Shown: positions 10,445 through 19,091 of the stretch, in pieces | Layout of the letters: every line of letters starts with the position of its first letter | Numbering within the stretch: the stretch's first letter is position 1 | Assembly (NCBI GenBank): GCA_001798885.1 | Contig: MGQW01000086.1 | Location: 7,079 to 71,078 of the forward strand | Direction of reading: 5' to 3' | From: Deltaproteobacteria bacterium RBG_16_64_85 | GTDB lineage: Bacteria; Desulfobacterota; Deferrimicrobia; Deferrimicrobiales; Deferrimicrobiaceae | DNA: 64,000 nt | Translations under genes and position numbers: made by a program | Notes under the pieces: model-generated | What the model was told of the DNA's origin: nothing | Database searches by the model: none | The model's input: only the letters and a program-made list of their open reading frames with translations

Positions 10445-10894
10445 TTGGAACGTCTTTTACGGCGTATCGATAAGGAGATTGTGGCTGCGGGCGGAAAGAG
10501 AAGCAAGAGCCGCGCTCTGATCATGGAAATCTTCTTCCGGTCCGGGAGGCATCTGACTGTCGAGGAACTGGCCAGAAAAGTCCGCGCCCGGAACCGGGAC
10601 ATCGGCCCGGCCACGATCTACCGGACGCTCAAGCTCCTCGCGAGGCTCGGGTATGCCAAGGAACTCGATTTCGGCGAAGGAGCGAAGCGTTACGAGACCA
10701 GCCTGACGTCTCACCATGACCACTTTGTCTGCACGGAGTGCGGGAAGGTGTCGGAATTCGAGGAGCCGCGGATCGAGTCCCTCCAGGAAGAAGTGGCCAG
10801 GCAGCATGGTTTTTCTCCCACGATGCACCGGCTCGCCATCTACGGATATTGCCCCCGGTGCCTCCCCCAGGAAGGGAGGGAGTCGGGCGAATGA
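10445..10894 (+). CDS. fur: Ferric uptake regulator (Fur family)
   Basis: HLTVEEL, ATIYRTLKLL, HHDHFVCTECG, C-terminal YGYCPRC. Confidence 0.93.
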   Translation: MERLLRRIDKEIVAAGGKRSKSRALIMEIFFRSGRHLTVEELARKVRARNRDIGPATIYRTLKLLARLGYAKELDFGEGAKRYETSLTSHHDHFVCTECGKVSEFEEPRIESLQEEVARQHGFSPTMHRLAIYGYCPRCLPQEGRESGE

Positions 10895-12870
10895 AGCTCC
10901 ACGACGTTGCGGCGACCGCCGCGCGGATGCCCGACAAGGTCATCCTCGTGGGGAACCCCAATGTGGGGAAGAGCGTCGTTTTCGGGTACCTGACGGGACG
11001 GTATGTGACCGTCTCCAATTACCCGGGGACGACGGTCGAGGTCACGCGGGGAAAAGCTTCGGCGCGGGGCAGCACCGTCGAGGTCATCGACACGCCGGGC
11101 GTCAACTCGCTTCTTCCCATGTCCGAGGACGAGCGGGTGACGCGCGACATCCTGATTTCCGAGCCCGGGGCCCGGGTCATCCAGGTCTGCGACGCCAAGA
11201 ACATGCGGCGTTCCCTTATGATCACCCTGCAGCTCGCGGAGATGGCCGTTCCTCTCGTGCTTGCAGTGAACATGGCCGACGAAGCCCGGGACCGCGGCGT
11301 CATGCCGAGATTGGAGGAGCTGGAAGTCCGGATCGGCGTCCCGGCGATTCCCACGGTCGCGGTGCGAAAGAAGGGGATCGACCGGCTCCTGGGGCTGGTC
11401 GAGCATTCCACGCCGGCCCGCGTCGAGGTCTCCTACGGGGACCGGATCGAATCCGCCATCGCCCACATGGAGACGCTCCTTCCTCCATCCGTTCTCGTTG
11501 GGAAGCGCGCTCTCGCCCTCATGCTGCTGTGCGGAGACGATTCCCTCACCCCCTGGCTCGCGGAGAACCTCCGCGGCGAACGGATACGGGAGATGAACGG
11601 AGTCCGCAACCGACTGGTGGAGGAGGTTGGTGAGGACATCGCCTACCGCGTCAACCAGATCCGCCTCCAGTGGATCGATTCCCTCCTGGACGGGATGGGA
11701 GAGGAATCCACTGACGCCCGGAGGACCGATTGGTCCCATGCATTCGGGCGGTACGCGATGGATCCTTTCTATGGAGTGCCGATCCTCCTCGCCGTCCTTT
11801 TTTTGGCGTACGAGTTCGTCGGCGTCTTCGGGGCGAAGTTCCTCGTGGACTTCCTCGAGGCCAACGTGTTTGGAAAGGGGATCCTCCCGGCGACCGCCTG
11901 GGTCGTGGAGCGCACGATCCCGTGGCCTATTATCCGGGAGTTCCTGGTCGGCCCGTACGGGATGATCTCGATGGCGCTGTCCTATGCCGTCGCCATCGTG
12001 CTGCCGATCGTGGGCACCTTCTTCCTCGGTTTCGGGATCCTCGAGGATTCCGGATACCTTCCCCGGCTGGCAGTGATGGTCGACCGGATCTTCAAGAAGA
12101 TCGGGTGCAACGGGAAGGCGGTGCTGCCGATGATCCTGGGGCTGGGCTGCGACACCATGGCTACCTTGACGACACGGATCCTGGAGACCCGGAAGGAGCG
12201 CATCATCGTAACGCTGCTGCTCGCCCTGGGAATTCCCTGCTCCGCGCAACTCGGCGTAATCCTGGGGATGCTGGGCAACGTGGGACTGGCGGCTACCGTG
12301 ACGTGGCTGCTGATCCTCGTCGGCATCATCCTTGCGGTCGGTTACCTCGCCTCCAAGGTGATCCCCGGGGAGTCCTCCGATTTCATCCTGGAGATACCGC
12401 CCATCCGCCTTCCCCGGATCGGAAACCTCTCCGTAAAGACGATGGCGCGGATCGAGTGGTATCTCCGCGAAGCCGTCCCGCTCTTTCTCCTCGGGACGTT
12501 CTTCCTTTTCGCGGCCGACCGGATGGGGTGGCTCCTGTGGCTGCAGAAGGCGTCGGAACCGCTGGTCGTCGGGCTGCTGGACCTGCCGCCGAAAACCTCC
12601 GAAGCTTTTCTGATCGGGTTCCTGCGTCGGGATTACGGCGCGGCGGGGCTGTTCGACATGGCACGGGCCGGCCTTCTCACGAATCTCCAGGTCGTGGTGA
12701 GCCTCGTCACGATCACCCTGTTCATTCCCTGTCTGGCGAATTTCCTCGTCATCGTCAAGGAACAGGGATCCAAAGTGGCCGCCGGAATGGCGCTGTTCAT
12801 CTTTCCGTTCGCGATCCTGGTCGGCGCGCTCGTGAACCTGGCCGCCCGGAAAATGGGAATTACCTTCTGA
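10891..12870 (+). CDS. feoB: Ferrous iron transporter FeoB
   Basis: G1 GNPNVGKS, G2 NYPGTT, G3 DTPG, G4 NMAD; membrane domain LEDSGYLPR, LGLGC, IPCSAQ, FILEIP; ATGA overlap with fur. Confidence 0.96.
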   Translation: MKLHDVAATAARMPDKVILVGNPNVGKSVVFGYLTGRYVTVSNYPGTTVEVTRGKASARGSTVEVIDTPGVNSLLPMSEDERVTRDILISEPGARVIQVCDAKNMRRSLMITLQLAEMAVPLVLAVNMADEARDRGVMPRLEELEVRIGVPAIPTVAVRKKGIDRLLGLVEHSTPARVEVSYGDRIESAIAHMETLLPPSVLVGKRALALMLLCGDDSLTPWLAENLRGERIREMNGVRNRLVEEVGEDIAYRVNQIRLQWIDSLLDGMGEESTDARRTDWSHAFGRYAMDPFYGVPILLAVLFLAYEFVGVFGAKFLVDFLEANVFGKGILPATAWVVERTIPWPIIREFLVGPYGMISMALSYAVAIVLPIVGTFFLGFGILEDSGYLPRLAVMVDRIFKKIGCNGKAVLPMILGLGCDTMATLTTRILETRKERIIVTLLLALGIPCSAQLGVILGMLGNVGLAATVTWLLILVGIILAVGYLASKVIPGESSDFILEIPPIRLPRIGNLSVKTMARIEWYLREAVPLFLLGTFFLFAADRMGWLLWLQKASEPLVVGLLDLPPKTSEAFLIGFLRRDYGAAGLFDMARAGLLTNLQVVVSLVTITLFIPCLANFLVIVKEQGSKVAAGMALFIFPFAILVGALVNLAARKMGITF

Positions 12871-12883
12871 CGCAAGAGGACCC

Positions 12884-13072
12884 TTGAAAATACGCTGCCC
12901 ACTTTGCCAATATGAGATGGACTCGGACGACAAGGGGTGCAGGACCGGCTGCCCGTTGGGGAAGAGCTGTTCACTCCTCTGTTGCCCCCGGTGCCATTAT
13001 TCGTTTCCCGTTCCGGAGTCCAAGGTCGTGAACTTTTTCAAATCGCTGTTTTCGAGAGGAGCCCGTCGATGA
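12884..13072 (+). CDS. Small Cys-rich protein associated with feoB (8 Cys in 62 aa)
   Basis: CPLC...CRTGCPLGKSCSLLCCPRC; fills the gap after feoB and overlaps the next gene by ATGA. Confidence 0.75.
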   Translation: MKIRCPLCQYEMDSDDKGCRTGCPLGKSCSLLCCPRCHYSFPVPESKVVNFFKSLFSRGARR

Positions 13073-13716
13073 CCGAATTCGGGCAGGATGAAACCCTGGA
13101 GCTGATCTGGACGCTGCGGGAAGAGGGATGCCTTACCCGGATGCGTTTGATGGAAAAATCGGAAGAGGATCGACCCGAAGTGCTCTTGGGAGAGCTCGTG
13201 ACGGACGGCCTGGTGGAGACATCGGGCGACGAGCTGCATCTGACGCTCACGGGCGAGGAACGGGCGCGCGGGATCATTCGGCGTCATCGACTTGCGGAGG
13301 TCCTGCTTCGGAATCTGTTCGAACTCGACTCCAACCAGATGGAGAGCAGCGCCTGCAAGTTCGAGCACATCCTGACCACGCCCGTCACGGACAGCGTCTG
13401 CACCTTCCTCGGGCATCCTCCCGTCTGCCCCCACGGGAGGACGATCCCTCGCGGAGATTGCTGCGATCGCATCCGGACGGAGATCCAGCCGCTGGTCACG
13501 CGCCTTTCCGAAGCGGTACTGGGAGACTCCGTCCGCATCGTTTTCATCACGCCGAAGTCCAGGAAGAGACTGGAGAAGCTGAGTTCCCTCGGGATCGTTC
13601 CGGGGAGCCGCCTGTGCCTTCTCCAGCGGAACCCCTCCTACGTCCTGCAGATCGGCGAGACCACCATCGCGGTGGACCGGGATATCACGGATGAGATCTA
13701 CGTCAAGCGCGCGTAG
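13069..13716 (+). CDS. DtxR/IdeR/MntR-family metal-dependent regulator with C-terminal FeoA (SH3-like) domain
   Basis: LTLTGEERARGIIRRHRLAE, ACKFEHIL, LGHPPVCPHGRTIP, then FeoA-like LSSLGIVPGS...IAVDRDITDEIYV. Confidence 0.9.
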   Translation: MTEFGQDETLELIWTLREEGCLTRMRLMEKSEEDRPEVLLGELVTDGLVETSGDELHLTLTGEERARGIIRRHRLAEVLLRNLFELDSNQMESSACKFEHILTTPVTDSVCTFLGHPPVCPHGRTIPRGDCCDRIRTEIQPLVTRLSEAVLGDSVRIVFITPKSRKRLEKLSSLGIVPGSRLCLLQRNPSYVLQIGETTIAVDRDITDEIYVKRA

Positions 13717-14950
13717 GGCGCTTGCCCTTCTCCTTTGTCTCGCCCTGACAACGGAAGGATCAGGGGGAGCGCTGGCGCTGGCGGCGACGGAGTCTCCCGT
13801 CGAGCCTTGCCTCCTGCTGAAATATATCGCGCCCTCCGTCCCCGAAGCTTCCGCGCGTTTGCTGCTGGCGACGATCCCTTCACTCTTGCAGCGGGATCTG
13901 GGCGTCCGGTGGGTGGCGCCCCCTGCCGCAGCGCAGGGTCTCACGGACCAGAAGGACCTCTTTCCCGAGGCCGATGACGCCTCGCTCGAGCGAATCTCCG
14001 GAAAAATGGCGGAGGTTCTTCGGAGCATGGACCGGATGGAAACCCGGAAGGCCGCTGTCCTCCTCCTGGATGCGGAAGGAGAGGCGAGGAAGTTTCGATT
14101 AGGCGATGCGACCCGCCCGTTCTTCGCCGAGATCTTCCTGAGACGGGGCCTGCTTCATCTCTGGGAGGGGGACCGCGGCAAAGCGGAGGAGATGTTTGCC
14201 CGTGCCAGGGTCCTGCGACCCGACTTTTCGCCGGACCCGGGCCTGTTCTCGCCGACGTTTCGCGACGCCTGGACACGGGCGGGGGAGCGGCCCCCTCCCG
14301 AAGCGGATCTGCTGGTGCAGTCCATCCCCCCGGGCGCTTCCGTATTCCTCGACGGGAAACCGGTGGGCACGACCCCCGGACGGGTCAAGGTTTCCTCCTC
14401 CAGGCCGGTGCGAGTCCGCCTTTCGCTTGCGGGCTATCTGGACGTGGAGAAGGCGGGACAGTGGCTTCCCGGGGATTCCGCGGACATCCAGAGCGTTCTT
14501 GTCCGCGACCGCGTTGCAACCTTGGGCGAATTGTTGACGGCGTCGCCGGAAGGAAAGGGGGGCGGCGCGCTGATCGCCGAGCTGGCGGCAGGTGCGGGAG
14601 CCTTGCGGGTAGCCCTTATGGTCCTGGGAGAGCGGGAAGGGCAGCCCGTCGTCCGCGTATTTACATCGGGGAAGGGGAATTCGGACCCGGTGTTCCTGGG
14701 ACAATTCGAGTGGCCTGCGGGGGACGAAGGGGCGGCGGAAGCTGCCGACAGGACGGCGAAATTACTCAGGAACGCGGGATGGCCCGCAGCGAAGGGATCC
14801 CCGAAGGATGCGGAGTCCCCGTGGATTCAGCGGTGGTGGGTCTGGCTGTTGATCGGGGCGGTCGCAATCGGCGTCGCGGCAGGCGCGGGAGGCGGGGGCG
14901 GGGGGGGAAGCTCCGGAAGTTCCACAGGTGCGATCGGCGTGACGTTTTAG
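13691..14950 (+). CDS. Exported PEGA-domain protein with helical (TPR-like) region and C-terminal membrane anchor
   Basis: Signal-peptide-like N-terminus; PEGA signature VQSIPPGASVFLDGKPVGTTP...LAGY; WWVWLLIGAVAIGVAAGA TM segment and Gly/Ser tail. Confidence 0.78.
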   Translation: MRSTSSARRALALLLCLALTTEGSGGALALAATESPVEPCLLLKYIAPSVPEASARLLLATIPSLLQRDLGVRWVAPPAAAQGLTDQKDLFPEADDASLERISGKMAEVLRSMDRMETRKAAVLLLDAEGEARKFRLGDATRPFFAEIFLRRGLLHLWEGDRGKAEEMFARARVLRPDFSPDPGLFSPTFRDAWTRAGERPPPEADLLVQSIPPGASVFLDGKPVGTTPGRVKVSSSRPVRVRLSLAGYLDVEKAGQWLPGDSADIQSVLVRDRVATLGELLTASPEGKGGGALIAELAAGAGALRVALMVLGEREGQPVVRVFTSGKGNSDPVFLGQFEWPAGDEGAAEAADRTAKLLRNAGWPAAKGSPKDAESPWIQRWWVWLLIGAVAIGVAAGAGGGGGGGSSGSSTGAIGVTF

Positions 14951-16246
14951 ATGGAATCCTCTAAGACAACCCTCCCGGATCAGGCCTCCGTCGGCGTCAT
15001 CGGCGCCGGCCCCGCGGGAACCTTCTTTGCCCTCCACCTCTTGTCCCTTCTCCGTGCGAAAGGCCGAACGGCGAGTGTCACCCTGATCGACCGCAAGACG
15101 TTTTCCCACTCCGGCCCGTCGGGCTGCAACATGTGCGCCGGGGCGATCGGGCCCGCCATGGTGAGGAAGATCGGCGACTTTTCGCTGTCTCTCGATGCTC
15201 GCGTGATCCGCCGGATCGCCGACGGATACGAAATCCACGGCAGGGACGTGTCGGTCACGGTCCGGCATCCGGAGCGGAGAGAGATCTACACCGTCTTCCG
15301 CGGAGGCGGACCGGTGTTCTCCAAGGAGGAAACGAAGAGTTTCGATCAGTTCCTGCTGGACGCGGCGATCGCCCGTGGCGCGGAGTTTCTCCACGAGCGC
15401 GTTGAAAGCATCGAGAAGACGCACACGGGGTATCGTCTCGCGTTCCCCGGAGGGGCGAAGCGGAATTTCGATTTTCTCGTGGGGGCGTTCGGGGTCAATA
15501 CCTCTTTGTCGTGGAAGCTCCCCTTCGATTACCGCCCTCCGAAGACCTGGCACACGGTTCAGACCGAGATTCCGGCCGGCAATGAATTCATCGAGCAGCG
15601 GCTCAGGAACCGGATTCACATTATTCCCGCGTGGGGCAAGGCCATCCGCTTTCTGGCGATCACGCCAAAAGACAATTTTCTGACGCTTACCGGGATCGGG
15701 GAGCACGTGAAGATCGCGGACCTCGAAGCCGAGAGGTCGCGGAATCACGCGCTGGCGTCCCTCCTCCCTTCGGGCGCGAAGGTCCTTTGTCACTGCCATC
15801 CCCAATTGCCCATCGGCGTCGCCGAACGTCCGTTTTCCGACCGGATGGCGATCATCGGGGATGCATTCATCTCGCGCCATCTGAAAAACGGCATCGAATC
15901 TTCCCACGACACCGCGGGCATTCTGGCAAGGGCGATTACCGCCGAGGGAATATCCGAACCGGCTCTCCGGGATCATTTCTATCGTCCCTGCCTCCGGTTG
16001 TTCCGTTATGATAATGTCTGGGGAAGAGCGTTGTTCGGAATCTACGAGAGCGTGCTTCGGAAAGGGCGTCTCTCGGATGCCTATCTCCGGTCGGTGAATC
16101 GGGAGTCGGCCGAGGCGAGATTCACCCAGGCTCGCATCCTCTGGGCCGTGTTCGCGGGAGACGCTCCCTATCGGGAAATCGCCCGGGATGCGTTTGCTCC
16201 CCGCTCGCTCTGGAAGTTGGCGCGAAACCTGTTGGGAGGAAGATGA
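14951..16246 (+). CDS. FAD-dependent oxidoreductase (geranylgeranyl-reductase/FixC-like fold), substrate unknown
   Basis: Rossmann VGVIGAGPAG, CNMCAGAI, FDQFLLDAA, IIGDA...KNGIESS. Confidence 0.82.
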   Translation: MESSKTTLPDQASVGVIGAGPAGTFFALHLLSLLRAKGRTASVTLIDRKTFSHSGPSGCNMCAGAIGPAMVRKIGDFSLSLDARVIRRIADGYEIHGRDVSVTVRHPERREIYTVFRGGGPVFSKEETKSFDQFLLDAAIARGAEFLHERVESIEKTHTGYRLAFPGGAKRNFDFLVGAFGVNTSLSWKLPFDYRPPKTWHTVQTEIPAGNEFIEQRLRNRIHIIPAWGKAIRFLAITPKDNFLTLTGIGEHVKIADLEAERSRNHALASLLPSGAKVLCHCHPQLPIGVAERPFSDRMAIIGDAFISRHLKNGIESSHDTAGILARAITAEGISEPALRDHFYRPCLRLFRYDNVWGRALFGIYESVLRKGRLSDAYLRSVNRESAEARFTQARILWAVFAGDAPYREIARDAFAPRSLWKLARNLLGGR

Positions 16247-16250
16247 CGGG

Positions 16251-16601
16251 ATGGGATTGGAGCCGGGATCCCGATGGAAACCGAAGCTTCCCCTGCTGGT
16301 CGCGGGCGGAATCGCCGTTCTGCTCCTTCTCTTCTCCCTCTTCCGGGAAATGGGGATCATTGGCACCTGGAAGCTTTACCGAACTCACAAGCAAGTCCTC
16401 GAGGAGAACGTAAAACTGCGCGTCGAGAATCGGCGGCTCCAGGAGGAGGTTGAGAAGTTGAGGACCAACCCCTCCTATATCGAGGAAATCGCCCGAAAGG
16501 AACTCGGCTTGATCGGCGAGAAGGAGAATGTCATCGTCCTCGACCGGAAAAAGGATGTACCCGTTTCCCCTCCTGCAAGGAAAGGATCGGGTCGTCCGTA
16601 G
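16251..16601 (+). CDS. ftsB: Septum formation initiator FtsB/DivIC family
   Basis: Single TM segment, coiled coil (ENVKLRVENRRLQEEVEKL), YIEEIARKELGLIGEKE. Confidence 0.85.
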   Translation: MGLEPGSRWKPKLPLLVAGGIAVLLLLFSLFREMGIIGTWKLYRTHKQVLEENVKLRVENRRLQEEVEKLRTNPSYIEEIARKELGLIGEKENVIVLDRKKDVPVSPPARKGSGRP

Positions 16602-18690
16602 GTATTCCGTTCCCGCCCTTTCGCTCGTCCATCTCCTGCTGTTCCTGAATTTCCGGCGCGGGGGAGGCTGGACCGGCTGGTCCGCTCCATGGGCGGCCAC
16701 CGCATTCGGCGTCCTCGCCTTCCTGTTGTTCCGGGATCTCCTCACCTCCCGGCGACGGGATCGACTGATGGACGTTCCCTCCACGCTGGCGTGGGGAGCC
16801 GCTGGCCTCATGGAACTCCACTCCCTTTATCCGATAGTGGCGGAATCCCGCCTTGTGCCGGCCATTCTGTTTCCGTCCATCGCCTTCCTTCTCCCCGCCT
16901 TCCCGGCGGCGGTCTATGCCGCAGCGGCGTTCACGTGGTTTCTTTTTTCCCCCGAAGGTCGATGGCCGGCCGAAGGCTTCCTGGCGTCGATCGGCGGATT
17001 GGGAGGGCTTGGCATTCTTGCGGGACGGGTGATACGGGACAAATTTCGGGATTCCGGGTCCGGCAGGGACATGGTTCAGGAAGCGATCAACGAAAGCCGG
17101 ATGCTCGTGTTCCCCTGGGAAAACCCTGCAGCGGCGACGGAGCGGGATTTTCCCGAGGAGGTCGAGCGGTTGGGATTGCTGCGCTCCCGGGATGATCTCA
17201 TGGATGGAATCCGGCGTATCCTCGAGGGGATTCTCCCCATCACGGGAGCCGACCGCATCCTGTATATCTCCCCTTCCCCTGGGCAGGGTCGGGCATTCCG
17301 GGCAGGCGCCTCTGCGTGCCGCGGAGGAGATTCCGGCGGCGTGGACCTGGCGATTCCGGACGACTACATGCCCGTGCGCGAAGCGATGCTGTTCCGCCGT
17401 ACGTTCCTTTTTGAGGGGGAAGATTTCGGGAATTGGGCCATCGGCAAGGAGAGCGGAAGGGAAGGCCGCCCCACGGGCGTCGCCGCGGCGCCGGTGAGCA
17501 TCGAGGGAAATGTCGAGGGGGCGATCCTCGCCCTTCGATTCGCGGAGGGAAAGTGGAGCGAGCCCATCGGGCAGGCGCTGGAGACGGCGGCGTTCCTGGC
17601 GGCGAGGGAGCTTGCGTGGGCGAAACAGCGGTACCGGGCACACCTGTACCTGGCGAGACAGGAGGGATTTCACCGGCTGATCCGGAGGATCGCCGAAGTT
17701 TCGGAGCGGGCGAGCGGCGAAAGGGGCGAGACCGTTTCCCCGCGGCGGGAGGTCTACCGGGCCACGGCGGAACAGGTTCGGCAGCATCTCGATATCGCCA
17801 GAGCCATCCTCATAGAGGCGAAAAAGGGGGGGAAGCGCGGGCGAATCGCGTGGGAGTCGGCGGGGAAAGCGTCAGGGGACCGGGAAGAGTTGGTTTCCCT
17901 GGAAGGGACGTATGTCGAGTGGGTGCTCCGGCAGGGCGTTCACCGGATCTTCTCCGGCGGGCAGGCGGACGGCGGACGGTTCCCCGTGCTCCCGGCGAGC
18001 TGGACCGGTCCACCCGGGGGAGGGTTTCTCCTTGTCCCCGTGCCCGATACCAGCGGGTTTCGCGGCGTCCTCGTCTGCGAATCCGGTGAAGGGCGCAACT
18101 TCGAGGGGCAGGACGTCCAGGCGGCAAAGGACATCCTTGCCATCATGCGGATGGGGATCTCGCACACGCTTCGCCTGGAAAATCTGGTGAAAGAGGCCAG
18201 GAACGACGGACTTACGGGGCTTCTGAACCGGAAGACATTTTGCGAGCGTCTGGAGAACGTTCTCGCCCGACTGGACGGTCGATACCCCTGCGCCGTCATC
18301 ATGCTCGACCTCGATCACTTCAAGAACATCAACGATACGCATGGCCACCCGGCAGGAGACGAGGTCTTGAGAAAGGTTTCCAACGTCATCCGGAAAACCG
18401 TCAGAAAGGTCGATATGGCCGGGCGTTACGGGGGGGAAGAATTCGCCATCTACCTCCACAGCACGGACCAGACCCATGCGCGCCAAGTGGCCGAACGTTT
18501 GCGGCTGATGATCCGGCAAACATGGTTTGTCTTCAACGAGCGGGAGTTAGTTGTCACCGCCTCGCTGGGGATCGCCTGTTATCCCGAGCACGGAAAGACC
18601 GGCGAGGAACTGCTCCTGCACGCCGATGTTGCCCTCTACAGTTCCAAGCGGGACGGAAGGGACAGGACGACGGTGTATAGAAAACAGTAA
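16555..18690 (+). CDS. Membrane-bound sensor diguanylate cyclase (TM helices, GAF-like regions, GGDEF); start uncertain (16528 or 16555)
   Basis: DGLTGLLNR, DLDHFKNINDTHGHPAGDEVL, RKVD I-site, active site RYGGEEF, ADVALYSSKRDGRDR; hydrophobic N-terminus. Confidence 0.9.
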   Translation: MYPFPLLQGKDRVVRRYSVPALSLVHLLLFLNFRRGGGWTGWSAPWAATAFGVLAFLLFRDLLTSRRRDRLMDVPSTLAWGAAGLMELHSLYPIVAESRLVPAILFPSIAFLLPAFPAAVYAAAAFTWFLFSPEGRWPAEGFLASIGGLGGLGILAGRVIRDKFRDSGSGRDMVQEAINESRMLVFPWENPAAATERDFPEEVERLGLLRSRDDLMDGIRRILEGILPITGADRILYISPSPGQGRAFRAGASACRGGDSGGVDLAIPDDYMPVREAMLFRRTFLFEGEDFGNWAIGKESGREGRPTGVAAAPVSIEGNVEGAILALRFAEGKWSEPIGQALETAAFLAARELAWAKQRYRAHLYLARQEGFHRLIRRIAEVSERASGERGETVSPRREVYRATAEQVRQHLDIARAILIEAKKGGKRGRIAWESAGKASGDREELVSLEGTYVEWVLRQGVHRIFSGGQADGGRFPVLPASWTGPPGGGFLLVPVPDTSGFRGVLVCESGEGRNFEGQDVQAAKDILAIMRMGISHTLRLENLVKEARNDGLTGLLNRKTFCERLENVLARLDGRYPCAVIMLDLDHFKNINDTHGHPAGDEVLRKVSNVIRKTVRKVDMAGRYGGEEFAIYLHSTDQTHARQVAERLRLMIRQTWFVFNERELVVTASLGIACYPEHGKTGEELLLHADVALYSSKRDGRDRTTVYRKQ

Positions 18691-18781
18691 TTTAATTCAT
18701 GTTCTTTAAAAGCAAGGGCTTATTGACAGTCTGCGACACCTTGTGAACCCTCATTCTCACATCTTTGATGGGGGTCTTGCG

Positions 18782-18985
18782 ATGAAGCGTATCGGCAAAG
18801 TGAAGTGGTTCAACGAAACGAAGGAATACAGGTTCATTGAGCAAACCGGAGACCGGGATGTTTTCGTACAGTATTCTCCGATCCGGATGGAGGGGTACAG
18901 AACGCCGGGGGAAGGGCAGGAAGTGGAGTTCGAAGCGCTCGCAACGCCGAAGGGGCTGCAGGTTTCCGAGGTGTGCTTCAGGTAG
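18782..18985 (+). CDS. Cold-shock domain protein with degenerate RNP motifs
   Basis: GKVKWFNETK, DVFVQYS.I.MEGYRT..EGQEVEFE, PKGLQ. Confidence 0.8.
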   Translation: MKRIGKVKWFNETKEYRFIEQTGDRDVFVQYSPIRMEGYRTPGEGQEVEFEALATPKGLQVSEVCFR

Positions 18986-19023
18986 CGGCGGCCGTTCCGC
19001 CGGGAATTACCGGGTCGTCGTTG

Positions 19024-19052
19024 TTGACTTCCCCCCTGTTGAATTATAAAGT
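19024..19052 (+). promoter_or_regulatory. Putative sigma70 promoter for argS and downstream genes
   Basis: TTGACT (19024-19029), 17 nt spacer, TAAAGT (19047-19052), in an AT-rich intergenic patch. Confidence 0.55.
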
Positions 19053-19091
19053 ATTTACTTTCTTGCCTTTTCCGCGATTTCGAGGAGCCGC

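Noticed and set aside
14880-14925. G-rich run suggesting a G-quadruplex or phase-variable tract
   Set aside because: It encodes the in-frame poly-Gly linker of the PEGA protein; the frame is intact and no slippage is evident.
18986-19002. Hairpin CGGCGG-CCGTT-CCGCCG after the csp gene as a terminator
   Set aside because: Short stem with no U-tract; not enough support.
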